Positions 1 to 12,100 of a stretch of DNA of 64,000 nt are shown here, in pieces. The notes below the pieces were generated by a model. That model made no database searches, was not told where the DNA came from, and was given only the letters and a program-made list of their open reading frames with translations. Position 1 is the first letter of the stretch. Each line of letters opens with the position of its first letter. The position numbers and the translations under genes are program-made. The DNA is from Kiritimatiellia bacterium. Its GTDB lineage: Bacteria > Verrucomicrobiota > Kiritimatiellia > JAAZAB01. The DNA lies in contig JAXGPF010000011.1 in NCBI GenBank assembly GCA_040767085.1, positions 64,001-128,000 on the forward strand, read 5' to 3'.

Positions 1-65
1 GGCGCCGGGGCGTTTGAAGATGCATGGGTGCTGTCGGCGGGCGTCGTATCGTCCCCGATCCGGCG

Positions 66-1388
66 TCACTGCGGCATTACTTTAACCGCCACGCTCGCCG
101 GGCCGCGCCATGGATAATAACCAATGCTTTCCGCCGTCTGATATCCAGCGGCCTGCACGCGGATGTCATATTGGAAATCCACCGCCTCCGGCACAGATGA
201 ACCTTCCACTGCTTTTTCCAGGCGGGCGGTCAACAGGATGCCAGACCGACCGGCATTGACGCCGGCAACTCCGGCGGCATCCGTTTGAAACATCATCCGC
301 TCCCCATCCATGCCGCCGGAAATCGCCACCGCCGCATTGGGCACCGGCCGGCCGGCCTGGTCTTGCACGATGAACTGCACGCGCCGCTTGATCAAGACCT
401 GCGGCTGCCAGTTTTTCCCCGAGGCGTAGGCAGTGCGCCCGTACAGATCGGCCTCCAGCGGCGGCTGGATTTCGCAGCCAACCAGGATGAATTCACGGCA
501 ATTGTCAACCGTCCAGTTGCGCCGGTTGCGTTCAAACCTGCAATCGGTAATGACCAGGAACGTATGCGGGGACTGCACGACCGTTTCGCAATCGCGGAAG
601 ACGCACCCGGTAATCAGGTTGTGTTTATGTGGTGTTTCCTTGTAGCCGCACAAGGCTGATTTGGCATGCGCCAGCACGGAATTTTCGATGCGGGTGTCCA
701 GGTGCATGACCAGGCCGGCGGTAAGGCAGCCCTTGCACCAGGAAATTTCGCTGTTTTGGATCCGGATGCTGTCGCCCGCCAGGTAAACATTTCCATATCC
801 GAACGGCGCGCCCAGTGCATGTTCCGCATCCTGAACCAACGCGGTGATTCTGCTGTTGAACATATGCAGTTGGCCGGAGTATAGGCCCCGGGCGCGCTTG
901 CCTTCCGGCCGGACGCCAATATAGACGCTGTGTTCATTATTCGTTGCGCAATCCACTTGGATGACGGCGTTGATATTGGAATCCACGGCGCTGCCCAGAG
1001 TCAACCGGTTAATTCCGACCCGGCCGGTGGCGGAATTCGTACCGCAGGGGCAGACAAACAGGTTGCCGTTGAGAACAAGGCATGGGCGCGGTTCATCCGG
1101 CGAGCCGATATCAAAATAAGTTTCCGTACCGTCATCGGCGCCGACGCATAAATCGGCGTTAACCTGATAAATGCCGTTGCTTGCATCATAATGGACCTTG
1201 TGCCATCCGCATATCCGGTCAATCCGCGCCAGCAGGGAGAGATTGCAGGGCGCCGCCGCCGGATAATCCGTGACCCATATCCGGTTGTTACCCGCATCAT
1301 AATGAATTCCAGCCAGGGCCAAGCCGGCCCAACATATAATAATCAACGCATATTGCCATCGCCAACGCAATCGTTTCATGGATACCAC
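66..1388 (-). CDS. Secreted hypothetical protein, probable right-handed beta-helix (pectin lyase-like) fold with C-terminal carboxypeptidase-regulatory-like beta-sandwich
   Basis: Signal-peptide-like N-terminus; ITGCVFRDC / ITDCRFERN beta-helix-type repeats; VQDQAGRPVPNAAVAI...TDAAG motif. Confidence 0.55.
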   Translation of the reverse strand: MVSMKRLRWRWQYALIIICWAGLALAGIHYDAGNNRIWVTDYPAAAPCNLSLLARIDRICGWHKVHYDASNGIYQVNADLCVGADDGTETYFDIGSPDEPRPCLVLNGNLFVCPCGTNSATGRVGINRLTLGSAVDSNINAVIQVDCATNNEHSVYIGVRPEGKRARGLYSGQLHMFNSRITALVQDAEHALGAPFGYGNVYLAGDSIRIQNSEISWCKGCLTAGLVMHLDTRIENSVLAHAKSALCGYKETPHKHNLITGCVFRDCETVVQSPHTFLVITDCRFERNRRNWTVDNCREFILVGCEIQPPLEADLYGRTAYASGKNWQPQVLIKRRVQFIVQDQAGRPVPNAAVAISGGMDGERMMFQTDAAGVAGVNAGRSGILLTARLEKAVEGSSVPEAVDFQYDIRVQAAGYQTAESIGYYPWRGPASVAVKVMPQ

Positions 1389-1524
1389 CCCTTCCCTCTC
1401 TCACCGGACATCAGAGATCGGGCCACACGGCCGATCTTTTTGACCGCGGCCGTTAAGCCAGCGTCCAACCGGGCACCTGCCCTGCGGACTTCAACGATTG
1501 GAATCACCCGAGACAATCGTGCAA

Positions 1525-1603
1525 CTATTTCCTGCAAGGCGGACGCGCCTGTCGGGCGGTCTTCTCCGACTGAATCATCCCGCCAACCTGTTTTAATATT
1601 TGA
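1525..1603 (-). pseudogene. 3' fragment of GH29 alpha-L-fucosidase separated by ISL3
   Basis: Removing the IS and one TSD copy gives the in-frame continuation DIQI|LKQVGGMIQSEKTARQARPPCRK* (TAG at 1527-1525). Confidence 0.8.
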
Positions 1604-2964
1604 GGGGCTTCAGACTTTTGAATGGGCACCCCCTACAGGTTGTGGTAATAGTGGTGAATGAATGCAAATACATTATACGCGAAATTGTTGGGATTGCGAG
1701 GGCCTTGGTTGGTTAGTCGGGTTGAGGTGAACGAGAGTGCCCGTCGTGTGGACGTATGGGTTAAGCATGAACCGGGAGTGCAAGTGGCCTGTCCGGAATG
1801 TGGGCAATTTGGGCCAGTGTACGACCACACGGCGGAACGCGAATATCGGCATCTTAACAGTTGTGAAATGGCGACGTATGTGCATGTGCGACTGCCGCGT
1901 GCGCAGTGCGCTCGGCACGGGGTTAAGCAGATTCTTTCGGAGTTTGGCGAGAATGGTTCGCCGATGACATATGCCTTTGAACGACAGATTATTACAGTGC
2001 TTGAGGAATGCAGCTTGAGTGGAGCTAGTCGATTGACGGGGATTAGCTGGGAGCAGGCGTGGGCGGTGGTGGAACGTGGTGTAGCGCGCGGCTGGGATCG
2101 CAAGGAACATAAGTTGCCGGCACGGATCGGGGTGGACGAGAAATCGTTTGCAAAAGGCCACAAGTACGAGACGCTGGTCTATGATTTGGAGCAAGCGACG
2201 GTGGAATATGTGGCCGACAATCGGGAGCAGGGAAGCTTGGAAGGATATTACAAACAGTTCACGCTGGAAGAGCGCGCGGCGGTGGAAGCCGTGGCCATGG
2301 ACATGTGGGATCCGTACATCGCGGCGACACGCGCTTGGATTTCCGCTGCCCACCAGAAGATCGTCTTTGATCGATACCATGTGACAGCCTATGTTTCCAA
2401 GGCAGTCGACGAGGTTCGCAAGATCGAACACCGGCAATTGATGCAAGTGGGCCGAGAGGATTTGAAACACACGAAGTATCTTTGGCTTTGGAATGAAGAA
2501 AATATTCCCGATTGGCGTCGTGTGGAGTTCGAACAACTCAAATCCCAAGATTTGAAGGTTTGCCGGGCGTGGGCGATCAAGGAGAATCTGCGGCATCTGT
2601 GGTCGTATCGTTCGGTGGCCTGGGCGCGGAAGTTCTTTAAGCGGTGGTATCACTGGGCAACACACTCCCGGTTGCCTGCTATGGTCAAGGCGGCGAAGAC
2701 CTTGATGGCACATATGGCTAACATCGTCACCTTTGCCAAACTCCGCGTTACCAACGCCATGGGCGAAAGCCTTAATAGCAAGATAGAAAAGGTCAAACGG
2801 ATGGCCTGCGGTTTCCGCAACCGGGATCACTATAAAAAAGCCATTTATTTTCATTGTGGAGGACTCGATCTCATGCCGAAAGCGCCCGCGTCTCCAATGA
2901 TCCGCCTTTTCGCATGCTGACACCACTACATATGGGGGCTACCCACACAAAACCCGGAAGCGGC
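1604..2964 (+). mobile_element. ISL3-family insertion sequence
   Basis: 8-bp direct repeat ATATTTGA at 1596-1603 and 2965-2972; imperfect terminal IRs GGGGCTTCAGACTTTTG / CAAAACCCGGAAGCGGC; single transposase. Confidence 0.93.
1658..2920 (+). CDS. ISL3 family transposase
   Basis: CPECG zinc finger, IGVDE, MDMW, VFDRYH, TNAMGESLNSKI...KRMACGFRN motifs. Confidence 0.95.
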   Translation: MNANTLYAKLLGLRGPWLVSRVEVNESARRVDVWVKHEPGVQVACPECGQFGPVYDHTAEREYRHLNSCEMATYVHVRLPRAQCARHGVKQILSEFGENGSPMTYAFERQIITVLEECSLSGASRLTGISWEQAWAVVERGVARGWDRKEHKLPARIGVDEKSFAKGHKYETLVYDLEQATVEYVADNREQGSLEGYYKQFTLEERAAVEAVAMDMWDPYIAATRAWISAAHQKIVFDRYHVTAYVSKAVDEVRKIEHRQLMQVGREDLKHTKYLWLWNEENIPDWRRVEFEQLKSQDLKVCRAWAIKENLRHLWSYRSVAWARKFFKRWYHWATHSRLPAMVKAAKTLMAHMANIVTFAKLRVTNAMGESLNSKIEKVKRMACGFRNRDHYKKAIYFHCGGLDLMPKAPASPMIRLFAC

Positions 2965-3937
2965 ATATTTGAATATCTCTATCCCGCAGTTTGCCTTCCG
3001 GACTGGGGCCGATGTCCAGCGAGAAGATATTGCCGAATTTCACTGCGCCCAAGTAGTCCCGATATATTTTGTCGGCAGAGTGATAAGACTCCGGTTTGAT
3101 GGCGGGATTATCAAACCAATGTGTACTGGATATAGGATAGGTGAATTCGGCGACGAGGTATCCCTTGTAGGTTCCTTCGGCCTCCTTGTTGTGCCCGGAT
3201 GTCTTGGTATCCCCGATCTTGCCAAACGTTCCTTGCTCACGAAGGCAAAGCCGGCCGGCTGGTTGACCATGATTGAACCCCACAAAACAGTTCGGCTGGA
3301 GCTTATTAACCCACGCCACAGTTTCTTCGTGGGACAGACCTCCATCACTACATGCGGCATGATCCATCCAGAAAAACTCGATTGGACCGTAAAGGGTGCA
3401 GAGTTCCTTTAGCAGAGCCATTTTGTTCTCGGCCGCTTGTTTCTTTTCCCGCAGGGTTTCGCGGGGGTGCCTCCAGTCCCCTTCGGAAAAGTAGAGAGCG
3501 AGCTTGATGCCGTGCTTGTCACACGACTGTCGAAGCTTCGCCAGCGCATCCATTTTTAATGGACTATTGGTTACCTTCAAATCCGTCGTTTTAGTGTCCC
3601 ACAAACAGAAGCCGTCATGATGCTTGGTCAGGAATAGGATATACTTCATTCCCGCGGCCTTTGCCGTCTCGCACCACTGATCTGTGTCACATCCCGTTAC
3701 CTTGAAGAACTCCGGACCGTGCGGTTCTTTGGTCCACTCGCTGCCAGATACCGAACTGAAGGACCAAGAGATGAACATGCCAAATCGCAAATCCTTGATC
3801 TGTTGAGCTCTTACTCCGTCAGGAATTTTGTTTGGGTTGATCACAGATTCGTCCGGAATTGCCGTTTCAGTCATTGCGGGAGCTGGCGCCGTGGTGAACT
3901 TTTTGGTTTGGCGCGTGAATATATCCGGTTTAATCAT
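2965..3937 (-). pseudogene. Alpha-L-fucosidase (GH29), C-terminally interrupted by ISL3
   Basis: RFGMFISW, AKAAGMKYILFLTKHHDGFCLWDT, FFWMD, LDIGPSPEG motifs; likely ATG at 3937 overlaps the upstream stop codon. Confidence 0.88.
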
Positions 3938-6900
3938 CGGTAAATTCCGTCGGCTCGGATCCGACCTCAAGTTGCATGGCATCCAGCCAGATTGTTGTGC
4001 CGTTCCCGGTTGGCGCAATCAGGACGCCGCGGTCGCGATAACGCTCGGGCGGGAAAACGCCCTTGACGGAATACCGCCGCCACTCGCCAGTTAAGTTGAA
4101 CGTGGTATCCTGGTCCAGCACCCGCACGAAGGCCCGATCGCCATCCTTTTCACCCCGCATGTAAATGGAAAACACGTATGGCGCGGGCTGATCGAGTTCC
4201 GGGGGATACCCGATGCCGAACATCCCCCAGCACATGTCCGCGCTTGCGACTGCCCGGGTCATGCGCAGGGAGTGCCGGCCATGGAACGGCCGCGCCTGGT
4301 CCAATCCCCAAAGCGCCCGCGGATCTCCCACCGGCGGAAAGCCGAGTACCCGGTATGGCACAACATGTTTCGGCCAGAGCGGCAGGGATGGTTCCTCGAA
4401 CGACGGGTTGGCCATGACATTCCGGCAGCCGCGGCGCATGGCCTGGGCATTGACCCGCTCTTCCGGCACAAATCCGTCCTTTTGCGGCTCGGCTTTAACA
4501 GTAATCGCGATGGCGGCGGGGCTATTTCCCGCCTGGGCCAATCCGCCCGGAAGGTATAGGCGCGCACGCCAAATCCTTCCAGACGGTCCTGCCATACGCC
4601 GTCTTTCACCGGATACACCTCCTCCGCAAATAACCGCCCGGCCTGCGCCGTTCCCGCCAGCGCGGGAATGGAATACTCCACCGTAACCGGATATTCCCGG
4701 CTGTTGGCCGCCAATAGCACATAGCCGCCCGCCGGGTTCCGGCGCAAGGCGACCTGCACGTCCGGGAACCGCATGTTTTCCGGATCGAACACGCCCGGCT
4801 CGTACTTGATATCCTGTTCGTTGTCCGGCGTCAGGGCGATGGGGCCCAGTTGCTTCATCCGCCGGCCCAACTCGCGGAAGGCGGCATAAGTTTCTCCGTG
4901 CGAAAACGAGGTTGACACAAAGTAACAAAAACCCTTGGCGCCATGAATGATGGCCAGGTAGGTCTGGCAAATCTGTTCCGCCGGCAGCAGCGGCCGCGGC
5001 GTCCGCCGCGGGTCCAGAAACTCGGCCAGCGGCACCACCCAGGCCGGCTGATGCACGCTGTCGGCCCGGCGCTTCAACAGGGCGGTTTCCCGGGCAACGT
5101 AGTTGGGCGAGGCGTAGACTTCCTGGTTATGCCCGGCCATCAGGTAAACGTCATAGCCCAGGATATCGCTGCAGGCCGTGGCGATCGGCACATGGGGAAT
5201 GGACCGGGCATACAGCAGCATCACCGGATGGTAACCGTCCTGGCGGTGCGCCTGCTCGTAGATCATCCGCGCGCCCTCGATTTTCAGATCGAAATCGCCC
5301 AGGTTCGGCTCGTCCACGTTGTAATATGTCAGCAGGCTGGGATGATCCATGCCGGCGGCAATGGCGCCCTCGATCGCCTGCATCTGTTCGGCCATGTGCG
5401 CCTGGTACGCGCGCATGGCCTCCGCCGGTGATTTGCCGGGAATGGCATGCGGCGCCCGCGGGCCGTAGCCCGGCAGGTTCTCAATCACCATCAGGTTGTG
5501 CTTTTGCGCCAGGTCCAGGTAGGGCTTGGTCACCGTAGGCTTCATGCCGACATTCCAATGCCCCAGCGTATTGAAACCCAGCTCCGCCATGCGCTTGAAC
5601 ATCTCATCCTCGTAAGGCTGGATGTCTTCCACCCCGCCGCCGCTCAGGTAAATGCCGAACGGAAAAAACGGTTCGCCGTTTTTCAGAACGATCCGGTTAA
5701 ACCGGTCAATCTTGATTTCACACCCCGGTTTGGGCGGTTTTTTGTCGAGCCGCACCGGTCGGCTCATCAGGCGCCGGCCGTCCGCGCCCAGCAGCTCCAC
5801 CGCCAAATCCCGGCCGCCCGTCGGCAGGCTCGCGATCTTGAGGCTATAATCCGCCGTGCCGGCGCGGAGATCATGCCGGCCCAACTCTCCGGCCTCCGCG
5901 TCGCTGATCACTATAACCATACCCTTGACCATGTCCGGCGGAAATCCCACCCGGCATCGGATTTGCGCTTCCGTCTCCGTGGTGTAATAATTCCGATCCA
6001 AAACCGGCGCCGCCATCGGCGTCAGCCGGCCGGCGCCGGAAGCCGCCATTTCCTGCAGGAGTTCCCCGGTCCGGCTATCCACCAGCGCCGCGCTGACCTC
6101 GCGCTGCCCCATGGCCGCCACCGGCACACGCAATTCGAATTCCGCCTGCTGCATCCCCGCCAGCCCGACGATATTGGTCACACTGCGGCCGGCGCCTTCC
6201 AAAGGGCGGTCGCGGACGACCACCGCCACCTGCCCGGTCTCCGGCGTGAAGGTATGCGCCGTGACGCGGACAGTATAACGGCAAGCCTCCGCGGCGCCTT
6301 CATAATCGCCGATAACCGCCTGTTTCAGCGCCGGCAAAAACGGCGATTTGACCGCAATTTCGTCCAATCCGCGCAAATAGCCAAACGCCCGCGGTTCATG
6401 GAAGTCGCGGCTCACCCGCGCCAGCGAACTGTGGACGGTCTTGACGGCCGTCATCTCGCCCACTCCGTCCAGGGTCATCTGAATCATGTTGCGGCATAGA
6501 TTCATCCGCGCCTGTTCCGGACGGCCATGCGCCGCTGCCAGGAACATCGGGATGGCGATTTCCGCCGTCCAGCCGTCTTCCCGCCGGATCGTGGCCGACC
6601 GCCAGGGGGTATCCCAGCCGGCATCCCGGCCGGTGGGCGTCACCCGGCGTTCCGCGCGCAGGTTGGCGAAGGAAAGCAGGTAATGGTAATAGTCCTGGCC
6701 ATCCGTACCCGGATCGAGAAATAACTCCACGCTGTCGTCCAGGTGGATGGCGCCTTCCTTCTCAAATATCTTCTGCTCCAATTGCTTCATTTCCGGGTTA
6801 CGGCAGTCCATCCCCAGGTAAAGCCAGCGCTCATCGCAGCAGATTTTAACGGCCGTGGCATTGGTCTGCCGCACCGGTTCGCCGCCAAAGATATAAAATT

Positions 6901-7087
6901 GATCCAGCGATTCAGCGGCCCGCCAACAGGGATCATCCAGCCGGCCGTCTATGGCCGGCGCCGCCGCGCAGCGCGCCACGTTGATTTCCGGCGGCGCCGG
7001 CGCCTGCGCCGATGTCATCCCCACGGCCAGCAAAAACATCATTACCCCTGCCCATCCATTTGTACGATGCATGCAAGACCCCTTCAT
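3930..7087 (-). pseudogene. Modular secreted glycoside hydrolase-like protein (CBM9-like N-terminus + GH-A-like barrel + C-terminal CBM-like domain), frameshifted near 4510-4540
   Basis: APAIDGRLDDPCW / DSVELFLDP / WTAEIAIP; NGEPFFPFGIY, GFNT, YYNVDEP; the C-terminal NPSFE...WLDAMQLEVG domain lies in the 3930..4970 frame and matches the intact paralog at 9114. Confidence 0.7.
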
Positions 7088-7211
7088 ATGTGTTGGTTTA
7101 AAAGTGTTCGGTGTTGAAAGTTGAGTTCCTGGAAACGTTCACGCGGATAGGGCAAGCTTGACGCCGCTTGCACGCTTGCGCCAGCCGGCCGCGGATATTC
7201 CGCCTCCGCGG

Positions 7212-8993
7212 TCACCTGAAATTAAAAAGCGCGCCCTGCGGCAGGTATTCGTAACAGCCCATGTCCGCCCGGCCGGAAAACCGGTCAATGCGAGCGTGCC
7301 CGTCCAAGTCCCTGGCTCCAACCATCCACGCCAAGTTCGTGCCGGCATTGACCCCGGGCGACTGGCCGGCCAGCCGGTAATTCCCCGCGCTGTAACCGGC
7401 GAACACCGGCGTATTGGCGATGTTGCCCTGCTCTGTATTGGTCAACTCCGGGCTGCAGGAATAATAAAACGCATCCTGGTCGGCTGGATTTAAATCCGGA
7501 TAATTCCAGGTCGCCCCGCAGCGGTTGGACGCAATCACGCAATTCAGGATTTCCGTGTGTTCAGGCATCACATTCAGCCCGCCGTAATCCCGTTGGGTTT
7601 GGTTGTCGGCGATCGTGCAGGACTCCACCCGCAAATCCAGCGGATTCGGCCCGCTCCATCTGCACGTAATGTCACCGAAAAGATAAATTCCTCCTCCCAT
7701 CGCATAGGAAATGGTCGAGCGGTTGCTGGCAACCAGGCAGTTCTGCGCCACGACACAAGCGCTGCCGGTGGCGACCAGCATGCCTCCGCCATACATGCTG
7801 ACTTCATTGGATACAATCTCGCAATTGCTGACGATTGCCGTGCCATGGGTCCAGATCCAGACTCCCCCGCCGTAACGGCCGCCATGATTGCCGAAAATCC
7901 GGCAATCGACCACCGTCAGCATGCCGGAGGATGTGTTGGGGGTACCAAAAGGATACCCATCCGCGATCCCGGCGCCATAGCCCGAGTCCGCACTACCGGT
8001 GTTGTGACTGAAGACGCAATTGCTGACCAGGGTGCTGCACTCCGGGAGGGAACGCATTACATTCAATCCTCCTCCGGTGCTTAGCGCGTAATTGTGGGTG
8101 ACAATGCTGTCGCGCAGGATCAGCGATCCGGCGGAATACACATAAATGCCGCCGCCACGCAACGCGGATGTGTTATTGCTGATTACACATCCCGTCAACA
8201 ACGCATTTGTGCCGGATACAAAAACGCCGCCACCATCGGCATAGCTTGCTTTCGTTACCGCATTGTTGGCAATCAGACAGTTGGAAATAATCGTATTGGC
8301 TTCAGCATATATGCCGCCGCCGTCTTCCAGCGCCGCATTGCTGCAAACCGTTGAATCCAAAACTTTATTGCCTGCCCGCAAAAAGATTCCGCCGCCGTAT
8401 GTGTCTAAAATAGTATTGGTCAGCCAGTTGTTGCTGATTATGCAATCCACAATCAACGCGTTGGCGCCATATTCCACGGCTACCCCGCCGCCCCGCCGGT
8501 CGCCATAATTTTTCGTCACCACGCAGTTGGAAACAGCTCCACGCGTCATATAAACTCCGCCGCCATGACCATTCTGATCTTCCCGCACGCCATTGCCCCC
8601 GGTGATGGTGAACCCGGAGACGATGGCGTTGGAATGGGTGATATACAGCGGCGAGCAAGTCTCTTTCCCGTCTATGATCGTGTTCTCCCGGTCTTCGCCG
8701 CCGCCGGCGGCTTCATTCCAACTGCGCAAACGCACCGCCTTGTCCAGCAAAATTCGCGTAGTGACGTCATAGGTTCCGGTGGCCACCATGACTGTCCCGT
8801 CCACGGGCGCTTGATACACGTCGTTGCTGATCGTCAGGTACGGCTTCCCGGCCTTGCCGTCGCCCTCCGTATCATTGCCGGTGGCCGCCACGTAAACGGT
8901 TTGCGCCCCGATGACCGCCGCGCCGGCCAGCCACAATGCCGCCCAGGCCGCCCGGCGGCCGCTAATTCCGCATGATTGTTGCCGTGTCTTCAT
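7212..8993 (-). CDS. Secreted parallel beta-helix repeat protein (polymorphic-membrane-protein-like GGG repeats, choice-of-anchor-Q-like C-terminus)
   Basis: Signal peptide, VYVAATGND...PYLTI, repeated NCxIxxN..GGG, YRLAGQSPGVNAG...DLDGHAR...DMGCYE, terminal GALFNFR. Confidence 0.8.
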   Translation of the reverse strand: MKTRQQSCGISGRRAAWAALWLAGAAVIGAQTVYVAATGNDTEGDGKAGKPYLTISNDVYQAPVDGTVMVATGTYDVTTRILLDKAVRLRSWNEAAGGGEDRENTIIDGKETCSPLYITHSNAIVSGFTITGGNGVREDQNGHGGGVYMTRGAVSNCVVTKNYGDRRGGGVAVEYGANALIVDCIISNNWLTNTILDTYGGGIFLRAGNKVLDSTVCSNAALEDGGGIYAEANTIISNCLIANNAVTKASYADGGGVFVSGTNALLTGCVISNNTSALRGGGIYVYSAGSLILRDSIVTHNYALSTGGGLNVMRSLPECSTLVSNCVFSHNTGSADSGYGAGIADGYPFGTPNTSSGMLTVVDCRIFGNHGGRYGGGVWIWTHGTAIVSNCEIVSNEVSMYGGGMLVATGSACVVAQNCLVASNRSTISYAMGGGIYLFGDITCRWSGPNPLDLRVESCTIADNQTQRDYGGLNVMPEHTEILNCVIASNRCGATWNYPDLNPADQDAFYYSCSPELTNTEQGNIANTPVFAGYSAGNYRLAGQSPGVNAGTNLAWMVGARDLDGHARIDRFSGRADMGCYEYLPQGALFNFR

Positions 8994-9113
8994 TCCTGAA
9001 ACAACCCTTTCACAATTATACCGTCACGAACAGTAAATATAGCATAAACACCAGCAATCCGCATCATAAATTAAATGTAATATTTTGGAAAGTAACCAGA
9101 ACTAAACCGGACA

Positions 9114-12100
9114 TTATGGCAAAATGGAATCGTCCTGAAACGCCGTGGCCGTGGAACCCAATTCCAACTGCAACCCGCTGACCCATATTTCATCTCCGCG
9201 GGATGGACGCATCAGTATCTCGCGGCCATTTTTCACAAAACTTTCCGATCGAGCCTCCACGTACAGATTGGTTTGGAAACGCTGCCAGTTGGTTGTGACA
9301 TTCACCGTAAACGATTGATAATCAAAACCCGTCCAGGAATCTCCTCCGACGTTCAACCGCACCCAGAGTTGATCGCCATTCTTACCCCCGCGCGCGTAAA
9401 ACGAGAAGGTCATTTCAGCGCTCACCGGAGGATACATCACGCCAAAGGTTCCCCATGTCTCTGGCTCCGGGTATTCATCGGTCGTGCAACGGTAAACCCG
9501 CAGCGCCGGGCGCATGCCATCCCAGCAATTTTCATGATCCACATACCATGTGGAACCCGTCTCCCCAGCCAGCACATCCACGCTATTGTTAAAATAAGGC
9601 CGGTAGAAATCCGGTATGTTCGCATTGAACTGACGCTCGAAACACGGGTTCGGACAGTAATTCTTGCCCGCCTGCATCTGGGCGATGATCTCGTCTATCG
9701 CCACATGCGCCGCCGGTAAATCCGGTCTTTCGGTCATTGACACCGCCGCCTGCACTGGCTCGGAATTGGACGCCAGGGTCAGGCGGTAGGCGTGCGTGCC
9801 GTAGCCTTCGATCAGATCACTGAACGATTCGCCGTTCAACGTCAACGCGCCGCATGTATTGAACAAGTCCGCGCCGGCAAGCAAGCCCGCCACCGTAAAC
9901 GTGGTTGCCACGGCGTTGGAATTGACGTTGACCGCCAGCAGCAGGTGATCGCTCGCCGGGTATTTGTAGACCGCGGCGTTGACCATGGGGAACTGCTGCG
10001 CCGCCGGATTCAAGGGCCCGGGCGTATAGGTGATATTCTGGGCGATGTCGCCATTGAGCAGCGCCGGCGCCAATTCATTCATCTGGCAGGCGACTTCCTG
10101 CAAAGCCTCCCAGGCATGCGTGCCGACCACGTTTGGATAGCTAAAATATAACAAACCGCGCGCGCCATAGAGCACCGCCGCATACGCCTGGCATAGCATG
10201 TGGGTCTGGTTCATACCAACCGGCGAGCGCAAGGGATCCAACGTATTCCCCACCGGCACAAACCACATGACTTTTCCATCGGCCCGGCAGCGTTCCCGTA
10301 ATTGCCAGGCGTAATACGCCGTGCCGCGGCCGGGATCGTTGTAGAGCCCGCCCATGAACACCCCGGGATATACGTCATACCCCAGCACGTCGCCCCAGCG
10401 CGTCCAGTTGCCGCCCGCCGGGATTGAGCGGGCATACAGCAACCACTTTGGTCGGTACGGGTCAACGGGGTGCACGGTGTTCCAATACCATTCCGCCACG
10501 GCAATTCTCTCGTCGGGATTGTTCAGGTTGGGTTCATCTACACTATAATAGGCCAACAGGTTGGAATGGGCGCTCATAATCGTCGTCTCGTTTGTGATTG
10601 CCGGCAGCATATTGGTATACCAGGCCCCATGTACGGCCAGCCGCTCCGCCAGGGTTGGATAAAGATTCGTGTCCAGCACCGGCGGACAGATTGCTGAATT
10701 CCAATTAATGACTGCCATGCCATATTGATCCGCCAGATTCATGAATTGATCAGTATTGGTATAGCTCGATTGCACCCGGATCAGAGTGTTGAAGCCCACC
10801 TGGCTGAATAAGGCAAACATATCCTCCTCTCCATCCGGAAGGTTGCGTTTACCCAGACTGTTGCAATACAACCCGATCGGGAAGAACGGCGCCCCGTCGC
10901 GCAGGATGATCCCCTTGCGCAAATCAACCTTGACCTCACCGCCGCCTGAACGGGGACTTCGCACAAGGATGTCCATCTGGCAGGAGCGCAGCAATTCGCC
11001 GGAATTCCGGCGCAACTCCACCGTGATTGTGTTCGTCCCGGCCGGCAGCGCGGCCGTGGTAAACACCAGGCTGGTTTCCACGCCCGGCGCGGAGTTGGTT
11101 CCCAGCGTGATACCCTGCGCATCCTTGGCGACCAGGTAATAATTTCCCCCAAAACCAGAAGTGGAGGCAATATCCAGCGTACAAATTGCCACGGCATCCT
11201 CCCCTGTATAATAATTCCGATCCGGCTGAGCCGAGAGGATCTGCACCATTTGTGCGATTTCGCTTGCGTTAAAGGCGCGATCATACAAGCGTACATCATC
11301 AACCGCACCATTATAATAGTAACCTGAGCTGGAACGTCCGATTTTCAGCGATGCCGCGTTCGATGCCAATGTCAGCGCACGGGACTGGGCGCCCTTTTCC
11401 ATGCCATTGTAATATCCTCTCAACACCTGCCCGTCATATGTTGCGGCGACATGACACCATTCGCCAACGGCAAAATTAGTCGCCGGAATGTAGATATCCG
11501 CCAGGTTTGTCCCGCCTCCGCCGATACACATGCGCAGCCACCCATTCGGGTAAAACATCCATTGATACGGCGCGGACGCCCACCCGCCAGAATATTTCCC
11601 GATTACACATTGATTTATATCGAGCCTGTTCGGCCTTAACCAGCAAGCTATTGTAAACGCGTTATTGTCGTTGAAGTTGAAGATGTTATCTTTCCCGCAG
11701 TCTAGATAATCATCGACCCCATCAAAATACAGGGATGTGCAATTTCCATCGGCATCGAGTTGCCCGGCAACCCATGCGGACTCGTCCATATTGCATAGAA
11801 CGGCATGATTTGTGAACACGGAGCAATCAGACGCGTTTGTTCCGATGCCTTCATTCATTTGCCAATGGCCAATTTTATTTTCGTATATATCTCTGATATC
11901 ATTCGCCTCCAATTTGTAATTGCAAATTACTGTGTCATCTATATCGCCATGATAAAAATAGCCGCCGGCGCTGGATCTCCCAATTCTAAGCGACGCCGTG
12001 TTTGAGGCTAATGTCAACGCCCTGACCTTGACAACCTGTTCAACACCGTTAAGATAACCTCTCAATACCTGACCGTCATATGTCGCGGCGGCATGACACC

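Noticed and set aside
4520-4535. Programmed -1 slippery site GGGAAAT
   Set aside because: The heptamer is not in the X XXY YYZ phase relative to the upstream frame
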